A DNA stretch of 64,000 nt from Candidatus Terraquivivens tengchongensis (GTDB taxonomy: Archaea; Thermoproteota; Nitrososphaeria_A; Caldarchaeales; Wolframiiraptoraceae). Of this stretch, positions 9,109-18,941 are shown piece by piece. The stretch's first letter is position 1, and every line of letters begins with the position of its first letter. Under the pieces are notes generated by a model, which saw only the letters and a program-made list of their open reading frames with translations, did no database searches and was not told where the DNA came from. The stretch is from contig JALNJZ010000003.1 of the NCBI GenBank assembly GCA_023261845.1, positions 79,383 to 143,382 of the forward strand, given 5' to 3'. A program made the translations under genes and the position numbers.

Positions 9109-10452
9109 TTAGAGGGTACTCTTTGTGAATTCAACGTCGGTAACGAGTGCCCAAGGTGCATAGACTGGCGTTTCTACTTCCCACCACTCTATCCAGTGCC
9201 TCTCCGCGCTTAGAGCCGCTACGGAGCCCAGGAGCTTTATCATGTTACCGACGAGTCTTAGACCCTTGATTGGCACCTCTATGCTACCGTTCTTTATCAT
9301 GAAGAGACCGTCCCTCGGTACTGTGGAGAAATCCCCCTCTCTGTAGTTTGAATATCTTAGATACCAGTCATTCGTTACGTATATGCCTCTATCGATCCCA
9401 GAAATCAATTTCTCAAAAGTCTTATCACCAGCTTCAACAACCAGGTTAAACGGTGTAGGGACTATTATCCCAGCATTCGCAGTACTTACAGTACCGTGCC
9501 TCTTCGCTGTTGTGCTGTTATGAAGATAGGTTTTCAAGATACCGTTTTCTACGATTACGTTCCTCCTAGTCGGCAACCCCTCATCATCGAAAGGCTCGGC
9601 ACCATAGGTATTATGCAACGTAGGATCATCGATTAGCGTGAATTTCTGCGAAGCGACCTGCTTTCCTAGCATATCGACCAAAAATGACGCCCCGATGTCA
9701 ACGTTAAAGGCGGACGCTGCTGAGCCGAACTCATCGACGATATGAGCAAACGTCATAGGTCCTAAAATCGCGTCGTATTTGCCCGGCTCACCTTCGACAG
9801 GATTCAGAGCCATCTTTGCTATCTCACCAGCAATAGAACCAACCTCTTCTGGCCTAAATTCTGAACTATCAGCAGCAACCGTGGCAAACTGTCCCGTGGC
9901 ATCGTCTGCCGCAAACGCTCTCACAGAAAGCGCTACAGCACTCTTCGTGGACGAGGCCTCTACGTTACCACTAGTGCAAAGCACGGTCTTGTCATTCATA
10001 GACCTAAGGGAACCCGCGACCCTTTTAGCACCGGCGGATATCGCAGAGTTTACGGCAGCATTTACGTGATCGATGAGTATGTTGGGCTCCATAGCAACCT
10101 TGCCAACTTTTAGAAGACGTTTATTATACTTAAACGGGCCATTTGGAAGGGGCGCATAAACATCCGAAGGTTGAACGGTCTTAGCGGTAGATACCAATCG
10201 TTCAACCGTTCGTTCAATTGAAGCTTGTGAGAGGTCAGTTATTGTGCCCGTAACCCTTCTCTCTTTAAATGCTACGTACATTTCTAGCATAACGTTCTTG
10301 AAAGAGTTCGAAATGGTGATGTTGTTATTCGAAAACCTTATCATCGTAGAATTTGATATGTTTAACCTTACTGCCGCATCGGAAGCGCCTAGCTTCAGAA
10401 ATTTTCTAACAAGCTTTCTCGGAAGTTCCTGGACCTCTAAAGTGGTTGACAT
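9109..10452 (-). CDS. TldE/PmbA family protein
   Basis: PFDDEG, YLHNSTTA…TANAG, WYLRY…GDFST; lacks the TldD HExxxH motif. Confidence 0.88.
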   Translation of the reverse strand: MSTTLEVQELPRKLVRKFLKLGASDAAVRLNISNSTMIRFSNNNITISNSFKNVMLEMYVAFKERRVTGTITDLSQASIERTVERLVSTAKTVQPSDVYAPLPNGPFKYNKRLLKVGKVAMEPNILIDHVNAAVNSAISAGAKRVAGSLRSMNDKTVLCTSGNVEASSTKSAVALSVRAFAADDATGQFATVAADSSEFRPEEVGSIAGEIAKMALNPVEGEPGKYDAILGPMTFAHIVDEFGSAASAFNVDIGASFLVDMLGKQVASQKFTLIDDPTLHNTYGAEPFDDEGLPTRRNVIVENGILKTYLHNSTTAKRHGTVSTANAGIIVPTPFNLVVEAGDKTFEKLISGIDRGIYVTNDWYLRYSNYREGDFSTVPRDGLFMIKNGSIEVPIKGLRLVGNMIKLLGSVAALSAERHWIEWWEVETPVYAPWALVTDVEFTKSTL

Positions 10453-10518
10453 GCCGAGCCTCGTTACGCTGAACGAGAATAAAAGTTTAAACCTTGAACT
10501 TGACCGATTTATAAGGGA

Positions 10519-12171
10519 ATGTACGCAATTCCAGAGGATAGGTTAAATCTATTCGCACAAACAGCGCTCGAAGCTTCGAGAAACCTCTTTAAAGAAGATG
10601 ACGTATCATGCCTCTGCATTTATGGATCGCAAGTTTCTGGCTATTCTTCAAAGAGTAGCGACTTGGATGTGTTGTGTGTAGTGAAAGGTTTCAAAGAGGA
10701 CATAAAGTATTACTATCTAAGGAATTTCGAGCCTACCGTCGCCGTCTTAGCGGTTGACGAAGATGCTATGAGGAGTGATGTGACAAGCGGTTCTTTGGGA
10801 GAATTCGTTGCAGGAAGACTCCTAACGCCGTTTTATCCTGTTGTAGGCGTCGCGCTTTTGAAAGAATTCGATAAGACCTACAAGAAGAATGTTGTTTTGG
10901 AACTATGTGATAATCTGATACTGGAACACAGGATGGCGGCGAGCGAGCTCTTGATACGACCCGAGTATTTTCTCTTCGAGAAGTTAAGGAGAAGGGCTTT
11001 GATGTACCCGCCAGCGCGCTATAGTTATTCAAAGATATTTTCTGGTCCCTATAAGAAGGTGAATACAGAAATTTGCATGAAAGGGTTCCATGCAGCTTTT
11101 GCGGAATTGGAATCTGAAGGTCTACTGGTCAAGGATGGCGAGTATTATCGCCTGTCTAACAAGTTTGTAGTTTCAACCTTAAACAGGGTAAGCACATTTG
11201 CCAAGAAACTTTATGATTTCGAAAGAATGTTTAAGATGTATCTCGTGCACGGTTATGCAGGGCGCTTTAACCCGCGTATCATAGCGGAGGAACTCTACTC
11301 AAAAATCAGGAGGTCGCTATTTTACAAAGTTGAAGATGAACTTCCGGACCCGGAAGAATATGTGTTCATAAAAACCGCCATAGGAGAACAACCGTTAAAA
11401 GAGCGATTTGACATCCTAGATTTCGTTGAACAAGTTTATGACGTAGACAGAAATCAAATATCTATAAAGAAAATAGGCAGGATGCTTAACTCGACTTACG
11501 CGGTCACGATCCGCACAAAAGATTCAGAAGAGAAAATCTTTGTGAAGAAATACCTTAACTGGACAGATCTGAAGTGGGTAGTGGCGAGAATTTGGACCGT
11601 CGGTGTGAAGAATTTTTCGGTCGTAGCTGAAGTCAGACTTTCAAATGAAGTTTACTTCGTTAACAAGCTAGCGGAACTTGGCTTTAATACAGCTGACATA
11701 TACCATGTAAATTGGAAGAAGAAGATGTTGTTCCAAAAATTCATCGAAGGACAAGACCTCATGCAGATATGGACGTCAGGAAGTGAGCAAAACGTGCGAC
11801 AGAAGGCGGCGTTTATAGTAGGGAAAGAATTGGCAAAGATTCATCAATACAACATCACATTAGGTGATTGTAAACCTGAAAACGTCATAATCTCTGGAGA
11901 CAAAGTTTACATAACAGACTTAGAACAAGCTTCGTTCAACGGTGATAAGGCATGGGACTTAGCAGAGATTATCCTTTACATAGGACATTATCTCGATGTA
12001 AATAAATCGGTAGAATATGCGCGCTCCCTTTTATCTGGATACCTATCCGTCGGAAGCAAGGATGTTCTGGAGAATGTTATTAGTGGTAAGTATACATCGC
12101 TCTTGGTACCTTGGACACCCGTATGGGTGCAGAAGAGAGTTCTTAGCGAGGTGAAAGCGTTTCTTCGATAG
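10519..12171 (+). CDS. Fusion of Pol-beta-type nucleotidyltransferase and Bud32/Kdo-like kinase domains
   Basis: N-terminal YGSQVSG…SDLDV; C-terminal FVKK, IH…GDCKPEN, DLE. Confidence 0.75.
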   Translation: MYAIPEDRLNLFAQTALEASRNLFKEDDVSCLCIYGSQVSGYSSKSSDLDVLCVVKGFKEDIKYYYLRNFEPTVAVLAVDEDAMRSDVTSGSLGEFVAGRLLTPFYPVVGVALLKEFDKTYKKNVVLELCDNLILEHRMAASELLIRPEYFLFEKLRRRALMYPPARYSYSKIFSGPYKKVNTEICMKGFHAAFAELESEGLLVKDGEYYRLSNKFVVSTLNRVSTFAKKLYDFERMFKMYLVHGYAGRFNPRIIAEELYSKIRRSLFYKVEDELPDPEEYVFIKTAIGEQPLKERFDILDFVEQVYDVDRNQISIKKIGRMLNSTYAVTIRTKDSEEKIFVKKYLNWTDLKWVVARIWTVGVKNFSVVAEVRLSNEVYFVNKLAELGFNTADIYHVNWKKKMLFQKFIEGQDLMQIWTSGSEQNVRQKAAFIVGKELAKIHQYNITLGDCKPENVIISGDKVYITDLEQASFNGDKAWDLAEIILYIGHYLDVNKSVEYARSLLSGYLSVGSKDVLENVISGKYTSLLVPWTPVWVQKRVLSEVKAFLR

Positions 12172-13186
12172 GGATGGCATACTCCTTATTCATACCCTCG
12201 AACGTACCGATTAGTAACCACTTAAAGTGACGCCCACTTCTCAAATTCGTAACGCATTCTACCTTCCCAAAAGCCTCTATCCGTGTACCCTCTTTGAACA
12301 TCGCGGTGAATGTTCCATCAAAACATGCTAATATTTCTACATCCTTAGCGTATTCCTGTTCCGCCTCCACATCGGATAACTTGTAGATGGCTGGCATGAA
12401 GCACGATTCTGATGCATCAGAAATTACGGCCCTTATTTTAGCAAGACCCAGCCTACGGTAAACAACCTCACCATAACTTCTTGTCACTTCTTCGTCCAAC
12501 CTAACGCCATGGATCGAGAAGGGCGTCCCTTTGTAGATGCATTTGTTCCTCAATAGCCTCGCCAGCCTTGATATTTTGCTCACCGGAATGGGGTACTTCA
12601 TGCTTGTCCTCCTAATCCAATCATTCAACCTGAATTCATCAAGAGGTTTAACACCGTCAATTGAGTGCAGGTTATGCAATACCTTCCAAAAGTTGTTTTT
12701 CCCGTATACGACAAGGTCTATGTCCGACCTTTGATGATGCATTTTTAAGAGTATGGAACCGGTAATTCCCATGTTTTTAATTTCTACACCAGAGACCGCG
12801 GTTATTAATTCCACTAATTCCTTAGTCTTACTCTCAAGTTCGTCCAAATTATCGCTTTCCATCATATCATGCAATCTTTCATCACATCTATATAATTTCG
12901 ATATCTTGTTAAACGGAACGCAAGACATCTCGGCATCTGTTGTTTCGTCGTAAAAAACATACTCAGGTTTATTTTTCTTGAGAAAATTTATCGTGTCAAG
13001 TAACTCTTGCATCGAATACGTACATATGGTCCTCTTAAAACTTTTTCCCCATCTTGACCATACACCGTCACCTGGCAAATATTTTAAATAAGCGATAACT
13101 CTATCATGGGGGTGCTCCTCGCCTACTATGCAGAAGAACCACTCCTCTTGCGTTTCAACATAATCTTTGTCTCTAAACATTCTCAA
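12143..13186 (-). CDS. Predicted nucleotidyltransferase (COG1665-like)
   Basis: GITGSILL…SDIDLVVYG; C-terminal OB-like GKVE region. Confidence 0.8.
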   Translation of the reverse strand: MRMFRDKDYVETQEEWFFCIVGEEHPHDRVIAYLKYLPGDGVWSRWGKSFKRTICTYSMQELLDTINFLKKNKPEYVFYDETTDAEMSCVPFNKISKLYRCDERLHDMMESDNLDELESKTKELVELITAVSGVEIKNMGITGSILLKMHHQRSDIDLVVYGKNNFWKVLHNLHSIDGVKPLDEFRLNDWIRRTSMKYPIPVSKISRLARLLRNKCIYKGTPFSIHGVRLDEEVTRSYGEVVYRRLGLAKIRAVISDASESCFMPAIYKLSDVEAEQEYAKDVEILACFDGTFTAMFKEGTRIEAFGKVECVTNLRSGRHFKWLLIGTFEGMNKEYAIPIEETLSPR

Positions 13187-14184
13187 GATGAATCGACCAT
13201 TAAAAAGTCCTTTGGATCGTTTCCGATGAATAATCTTAACTCTCCGTCACTTGATATCTCAAGTCTCCCCGAAGCTATGCCAACCTCACCATCACGAAGT
13301 TGTTCGGCAAATCTGCTTCTGAATGATACGATCGAGGATACCTTCGCTGAGATATCCGGCCCATCGATTACACCAATTACATCAACATCATAACGGCAAG
13401 GTGTGAAGATGCCCTTTGATGCATCATTCGCTTGGAAGTGTATTGTGCTTCTACCGATTTCCTTAAAACTGCGCTCTCCGTATTTATCCCAAAACTCTTC
13501 TGGGAAAGGAACAAGCTTTAATGTGTAGGGTCTTCCCATGAATACTCCGTTTGTTAACTTTCTCCTCTCATGCATCTCCCATATGACAGATTCTACACAG
13601 GTATCAGACCTTGATTCCAAGACCTTTTCTAAAGCATTTCCAGAGAGACAGCTAGTCACGTTACTTTCACGCATAAGCTTTAGGGCATCGTAAACTTTCA
13701 GACAGTTCTCTATACCATAAACTACGATGTCAACGTCAGAGGATTCGTTGTAAAGTCCTAAGAGGATGGAACCCGATACGCCAATAAAATCACTTCCTAT
13801 CCCGGACTTTTCAACAATTAGGCCCGTCATTCTAAGGGCGATGCTTGACGCCGCATCTTTTCTCAAACTATTCTTTCCATTGACCGGATCGTAAACTCTC
13901 TTAATCTCCTCAAAAGGTACGAGCGGCACCTCCTGGCCTATATATTCATCATATACCAAAAATTCGCAAAAGTGTCTTCTGAGAAAATCCATTGAAGCAT
14001 TGAAACTGTTCAACTTAATGGTTGAACCTTCCGTCCTTAAATATTTTGGAACAGCTATGACGCCTTTAGGTGGGTGCGACACACCTTTCACTGCAAATAT
14101 CGCACCATCTTTCACTTCGACATAACTACCCTCTATTAGGACTGGTCTTTTAGCGTTCAAATGCACCCCTACCCCCATACGCAT
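13183..14184 (-). CDS. Predicted nucleotidyltransferase (COG1665-like), paralog of adjacent gene
   Basis: GVSGSILLG…SDVDIVVYG, HPP…PKY, IFTP.RY. Confidence 0.8.
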   Translation of the reverse strand: MRMGVGVHLNAKRPVLIEGSYVEVKDGAIFAVKGVSHPPKGVIAVPKYLRTEGSTIKLNSFNASMDFLRRHFCEFLVYDEYIGQEVPLVPFEEIKRVYDPVNGKNSLRKDAASSIALRMTGLIVEKSGIGSDFIGVSGSILLGLYNESSDVDIVVYGIENCLKVYDALKLMRESNVTSCLSGNALEKVLESRSDTCVESVIWEMHERRKLTNGVFMGRPYTLKLVPFPEEFWDKYGERSFKEIGRSTIHFQANDASKGIFTPCRYDVDVIGVIDGPDISAKVSSIVSFRSRFAEQLRDGEVGIASGRLEISSDGELRLFIGNDPKDFLMVDSS

Positions 14185-14247
14185 TCATTGAGGATAAGCC
14201 TTTCTTGAGCAACCTTTATTATTAGACTCCAGCTTATTACTTCAGCC

Positions 14248-15597
14248 TTGAACCCAATAACTTCGCTCGGCGAGCTCATAAAGCAGGCCATAAGCAAGTT
14301 CATGTCAGCGCCAGGAGTAGATAAAAATGTTGTCGAGGAACTCATAAGGGGTATACAAAGAGCTCTCCTAGTTTCGGATGTAAATGTCGAGCTCGTTATG
14401 AAGCTTTCAGAGAAGATAAGGAATAGGGCGCTGACAGAGAAAGTTCCGCCGGGTATTTCCAAGAAAGACCAAATCATAAAAATAGTGTACGAAGAACTCG
14501 TCTCGTTGTTAGGCGAGAAGCCCTATAAGTTTACCATAGATAAATCCAAGCAGTACGTAATCATGGTCGTTGGCATACAAGGACACGGAAAAACAACTAC
14601 GGTTGCGAAACTGGCAAATTATCTCAAGAAATTGGGCTACTCTGTAGGTGTGGTCTGTGCCGATACGTTTAGGACTGGAGCATACGAGCAATTAAGACAG
14701 CTCCTCGACGGAAGGGATATGCCCGTATACGGCATGCCTGGAGAACGTGATGCAATCACCATAGCTACAAAGGGCATTGAATATCTGTCTAAGCAACAAA
14801 AATGTAACGTTATACTTGTGGACACGGCTGGTAGGCACAAAGACCAACAATCATTAATGCAGGAAATGAAAGCGTTGGAAGAAAAGATTAAGCCTAACGA
14901 GATAATGCTGGTCTTGGACGGAACGATAGGTCAGCAGGCTGGCACACACGCTGAGGCATTTCACAAAGCAACGCCGATAGGTTCCATAATAGTCACTAAG
15001 ATGGACACGTCTGCGAAAGGTGGCGGTGCGCTGTCGGCTGTAGCGGCTACTGGAGCACAGATAAGATTCATAGGTACTGGTGAGAAGCTTGAAGATATAG
15101 AGGTATTCAACCCGCAAGGTTTCATCGGTAGGCTCCTGGGTATAGGCGACCTAGAGGGTTTGTTAGAAAGAATAAAGATTGCTGAATTAGAGCTTAGCAA
15201 AGAGAAGCTTAAGAGTTTTACAAGTGGCACGTTTACCCTAGAAGATTTCATAAAGCAGTTTAAAGAAATGAAAAAGCTGGGACCTTTAAAGAAAATATTA
15301 TCAAAGCTACCTTTGCCCGGGCTTCCCAACTTACCTGATGAGGAGCTCGAAAAGGTTGAGGCCCAAATCGAAAAATGGTCGGCAATTCTACTTTCCATGA
15401 CGCCCGAGGAAAGGGAGAACCCCCACATCATAGACTCTTCGAGGATAAGGCGTATAGCTAGGGGATCTGGTGTGACAGAGAAGGACGTTAAGCACTTCCT
15501 CCAACAATATAATTTATTAAAGAGGATGATGAAATCCATAAAAAGATCTCCTTGGAAGCTACCGAAACATATGTTCAGCGCAGAATTAGAAGAATAA
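14248..15597 (+). CDS. srp54: Signal recognition particle protein SRP54
   Basis: GIQGHGKTTT, DTAGRH, TKMD, SMTPEER…SRIRRIARGSG. Confidence 0.97.
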   Translation: MNPITSLGELIKQAISKFMSAPGVDKNVVEELIRGIQRALLVSDVNVELVMKLSEKIRNRALTEKVPPGISKKDQIIKIVYEELVSLLGEKPYKFTIDKSKQYVIMVVGIQGHGKTTTVAKLANYLKKLGYSVGVVCADTFRTGAYEQLRQLLDGRDMPVYGMPGERDAITIATKGIEYLSKQQKCNVILVDTAGRHKDQQSLMQEMKALEEKIKPNEIMLVLDGTIGQQAGTHAEAFHKATPIGSIIVTKMDTSAKGGGALSAVAATGAQIRFIGTGEKLEDIEVFNPQGFIGRLLGIGDLEGLLERIKIAELELSKEKLKSFTSGTFTLEDFIKQFKEMKKLGPLKKILSKLPLPGLPNLPDEELEKVEAQIEKWSAILLSMTPEERENPHIIDSSRIRRIARGSGVTEKDVKHFLQQYNLLKRMMKSIKRSPWKLPKHMFSAELEE

Positions 15598-15614
15598 GCG
15601 CGCGAAGTTGGTGA

Positions 15615-16949
15615 ATGCGAATGGAGGAAATACTCAACTTAGCTTATAGAATGTTGCAGAAGTATGCGCTTTGTGATTACTGCCTCGGGAGACAGTTTGC
15701 AAGATTGCTATCCGGTGTGGGCAATAAAGCAAGGGGCGAGGCTCTTAAAGTTGTGTTGGCGATGGAGGCGAACATGAAGTTGCTCATGAACGATAAGGAT
15801 GCGGCAAATGTTTTGAAGATTGTCGCAGAAAACGGCATGAACAAGTATGCAAAAAAGCTTGCTAAGTCGCTTAATTACCAGATTAATGAAACTAAAACAT
15901 GTTATGTATGCGAAGGCAAATTGATTGACGAGAACATTCGTCGCATGGCTGAAGAGATAATAGAAGAGTTAAAAGGATACGAGTTTTCGAACTTTCTAAT
16001 AGGTGCATCCGTCCCAGCTCATGTAAAAGAAAGGGATGACCAAATAAAGGCTGAATTTGCTTTAACCTTCGGCGAGGAGATCAAGAGCGATATAACGAGA
16101 GAAATAGGAAAAATTATTGAAGGGGTCATGAGAAAACCTGTTGAGTTTGCCACACCAGATATAACAATAATCGTTGACATTTTTTCAGGGACGTTTACAA
16201 TCAAATCAAACCCTGTATTTATCAAGGGCTACTATAGGAAGTTGCAACCTAACATACCTCAAGCACCATGGATATGCAGGAAGTGTCGGGGTAAGGGATG
16301 TGACGCTTGTGGTCATACTGGAAAAGAGTATCCTGATTCCATTAGCGAGCTTATAGGAGATCCGGCCTTAAGCCTCTTCGAAGCCCTTGACTACAAATTC
16401 CATGCGGCGGGAAGAGAAGATGTAGACGTAACGGTTCTTGGAACTGGAAGACCTTTCATCCTTGAGTTAAAATCACCGAGAAAGAGGTTTGTCCAGCTTA
16501 ACCAACTACAAGACGCCATAAATGAGCATGCGAAGGGTAAGGTTGAAGTCTCGTCCTTATCCTATGCAACAAAAAAAGATGTGAGGGATATGAAAGCAAA
16601 ATCAGCAATCGCTTCAAAAACTTATGTTGCACTTGTTGAGTTCGATTCCAGCGTAGATGAAAGTAAGTTAAAGGAAGTATGCGAGAAGTTTAGAAATTTG
16701 TTGATACATCAGAGGACACCGAGCAGAATTCTCCGCAGAGGTGATAAGGTCAGGAAAAAGTATTTGTATTTCGTAGAGGCTGAAAAGAAAGGGGATAGAA
16801 TCGTCGAGTTCAAGATAAAGGCACAGGGTGGTCTTTACATAAAAGAGGTGATAAACGGGGACGGTGGGAGGACAGTGCCTAATATAGCTGACGCCCTAGG
16901 AACTGCACCGATAAATATTACCCTTTCAGTCTTAGAGGTGGAGGGGTAA
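15615..16949 (+). CDS. pus10: tRNA pseudouridine(54/55) synthase Pus10
   Basis: LCDYCLGRQF, THUMP-like region, FHAAGREDVDV, GGLYIKE. Confidence 0.95.
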   Translation: MRMEEILNLAYRMLQKYALCDYCLGRQFARLLSGVGNKARGEALKVVLAMEANMKLLMNDKDAANVLKIVAENGMNKYAKKLAKSLNYQINETKTCYVCEGKLIDENIRRMAEEIIEELKGYEFSNFLIGASVPAHVKERDDQIKAEFALTFGEEIKSDITREIGKIIEGVMRKPVEFATPDITIIVDIFSGTFTIKSNPVFIKGYYRKLQPNIPQAPWICRKCRGKGCDACGHTGKEYPDSISELIGDPALSLFEALDYKFHAAGREDVDVTVLGTGRPFILELKSPRKRFVQLNQLQDAINEHAKGKVEVSSLSYATKKDVRDMKAKSAIASKTYVALVEFDSSVDESKLKEVCEKFRNLLIHQRTPSRILRRGDKVRKKYLYFVEAEKKGDRIVEFKIKAQGGLYIKEVINGDGGRTVPNIADALGTAPINITLSVLEVEG

Positions 16950-16957
16950 AGGCTGGT

Positions 16958-17254
16958 ATGCCCAACTCGCATGGTTACAGAGTGAGAACTAGACAACTCC
17001 TTAGGAAGAAGTATGGCTCACGGAGTGGTCCAAGGCCAGACATATACCTCAAAGAATATAATCCGGGCGATAAGGTGTTGATAATGGTCGACCCGGCCGT
17101 TCAAAAAGGGATGCCGCACAAGAGGTTTTATGGTAAGATAGGCACGATAGTATCGAAGAAGGGTAATGCATACGAGGTTTCTCTCATGTTAGGGGATAAG
17201 TTAAAGAAGTTAACGATCTTGCCGGACCATATCAGGCCTTGGGAAGGTGGCTAA
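16958..17254 (+). CDS. rpl21e: 50S ribosomal protein L21e
   Basis: SHGYRVRTR, KGMPHKRFYGKIG. Confidence 0.96.
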   Translation: MPNSHGYRVRTRQLLRKKYGSRSGPRPDIYLKEYNPGDKVLIMVDPAVQKGMPHKRFYGKIGTIVSKKGNAYEVSLMLGDKLKKLTILPDHIRPWEGG

Positions 17255-17618
17255 GTTGCCAAGGAAGGTATTGAGCTCTAAGCCTATACCCATAGCTGAA
17301 GTCAAGAGAATCTTGGAGGAAAGGGAACAGTACTTAAATCCACTCCAGTTAAAAACGTTAAGTTATGCAAGAAAGTACTCAAAATTAACTCCTGAGCAGG
17401 CCGAGGAACTTATCACTAAGCTTATGAACGAATACGGACTCGAAAGGGAGGAGGCGGTCCAAGTCGCTGATATATGTCCTGAGACCGTCGATGAGCTCAG
17501 AACAATCCTGAGCGGTTACCGACGCCTTGTATCGTTTTTACTTTTCTCCGAAGAAAAGATGAATGGCATACTAAGTCTTGTCAAGCAAGCTTTAGAGGCG
17601 AGTAAACAACAAATTTGA
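17247..17618 (+). CDS. rpoF: RNA polymerase subunit Rpo4 (RpoF)
   Basis: QVADICPETVDELRTI; conserved position after rpl21e. Confidence 0.9.
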   Translation: MAKLPRKVLSSKPIPIAEVKRILEEREQYLNPLQLKTLSYARKYSKLTPEQAEELITKLMNEYGLEREEAVQVADICPETVDELRTILSGYRRLVSFLLFSEEKMNGILSLVKQALEASKQQI

Positions 17619-17654
17619 ATTTATGTGACAAGGCATTAAAGGGGGAACTTACAT

Positions 17655-18266
17655 CTGCAAAAGCAGAAGAAATATGAGGATTATGCTTACGTATTGGATG
17701 TAGTCGATGCAACACTACTCAGGAGCTCAACCCGTCGTGTAAATATACATAGGGGCGAGCTACTCATCCAATTATTAGGTGAAGAATACTTCACTCTCCT
17801 AGAAGCCGCGATAAATGAGAATTATAGACCGCGCGTAGGTATAAGGCTTTATATAGGCAAAGACGTCCCCCGGAACATCTTAAGGATACTTGGGCGCATA
17901 AGTTATGATGAGCTTACTGAAAACGCTAAAATTGAATTAGAAAACGCCATCCAAAAGATAATTCAGGCAAATGAACAACGATTCGTAGAGTTCTTTAATA
18001 CATGCACGCCCGTGTCGCCAAGGCTCCATGCACTCGAGCTGATACCTGGCATCGGTAAAAAATCTATGCAAAAGATCCTAGAAGAAAGGGAGAAAAAACC
18101 TTTTGAGTCCTTTAAGGACTTACATGAAAGGTGTGGGCTTTCGGATCCTATAAAGGCGATTGCCAAAAGGGTAATGGATGAGTTGACGGGTCGGAGCGGC
18201 GGCTATTTCTTGCTTGTACGAGAACCATCCAGCGTTGCATCGGAAAGATTCTTTAGAAGGGAATGA
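17655..18266 (+). CDS. DUF655 family putative RNA-binding protein (probable CTG start)
   Basis: KYEDYAYVLD, GEEYFTLLE, RLHALELIPGIGKK, KPFESF; the conserved N-terminus lies upstream of the ORF-track TTG at 17694. Confidence 0.88.
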   Translation: MQKQKKYEDYAYVLDVVDATLLRSSTRRVNIHRGELLIQLLGEEYFTLLEAAINENYRPRVGIRLYIGKDVPRNILRILGRISYDELTENAKIELENAIQKIIQANEQRFVEFFNTCTPVSPRLHALELIPGIGKKSMQKILEEREKKPFESFKDLHERCGLSDPIKAIAKRVMDELTGRSGGYFLLVREPSSVASERFFRRE

Positions 18267-18366
18267 TGTTACGCAAGGGTAAAGTTGGATTTATAAAACA
18301 AAACTTTGGTTTGGTAAAGATTAATTAGCGGCTGATTCTTGCAATATAGGCAAAGAGGGTAAATAC

Positions 18367-18891
18367 ATGAAGGCCAGGAACTACCGCAGAACGGAAGGCA
18401 TGCCCTATACAAGAGAGGAATACATCCATGGTGCACCTGAACCAAGGATAAGCAAGTACACGATGGGGACCTATAGAGAAGACTATACGCATGAACTCGA
18501 GCTCATAGCGCTGGAAGAACTTCAAGTTAGGGATGTGGCGTTGGAGTCTGCTAGGGTGACCATAGGAAAGATGCTTAGCGCCAAATTAGGTGAAAATTAT
18601 TTCCTAGAACTCAAGGCCCATCCACATATCGTTTTGAGAGAAAACAAGATGATCTTTGGAGCACATGCAGATAGGCTACAGGAAGGTATGAGGAGGGCGT
18701 TCGGAAAGCCTATAGGAAGGGCCGCAAGGTTGGAACCTGGAAAGCCTGTCTTCAGGATTCTCGTGTATGAAAATGGTGTTAATGTTGCCAAGGAGGCTCT
18801 CGAACTCGCGTCAAAAAAGCTTCCTAAGAGCTATAGGATAGTTATTAATAAATTGACAGAATCAAAAGCAGCCTCTCAACTAAATGCTTAA
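18367..18891 (+). CDS. rpl10e: 50S ribosomal protein L10e/uL16
   Basis: YTREEYI, LRENKM…ADRLQEGMRRAFGKP.GRAAR. Confidence 0.97.
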   Translation: MKARNYRRTEGMPYTREEYIHGAPEPRISKYTMGTYREDYTHELELIALEELQVRDVALESARVTIGKMLSAKLGENYFLELKAHPHIVLRENKMIFGAHADRLQEGMRRAFGKPIGRAARLEPGKPVFRILVYENGVNVAKEALELASKKLPKSYRIVINKLTESKAASQLNA

Positions 18892-18941
18892 AAGTTAACC
18901 AATAAACATAATTTTTTGCAATACTTACGGGGTAAGAAAAA

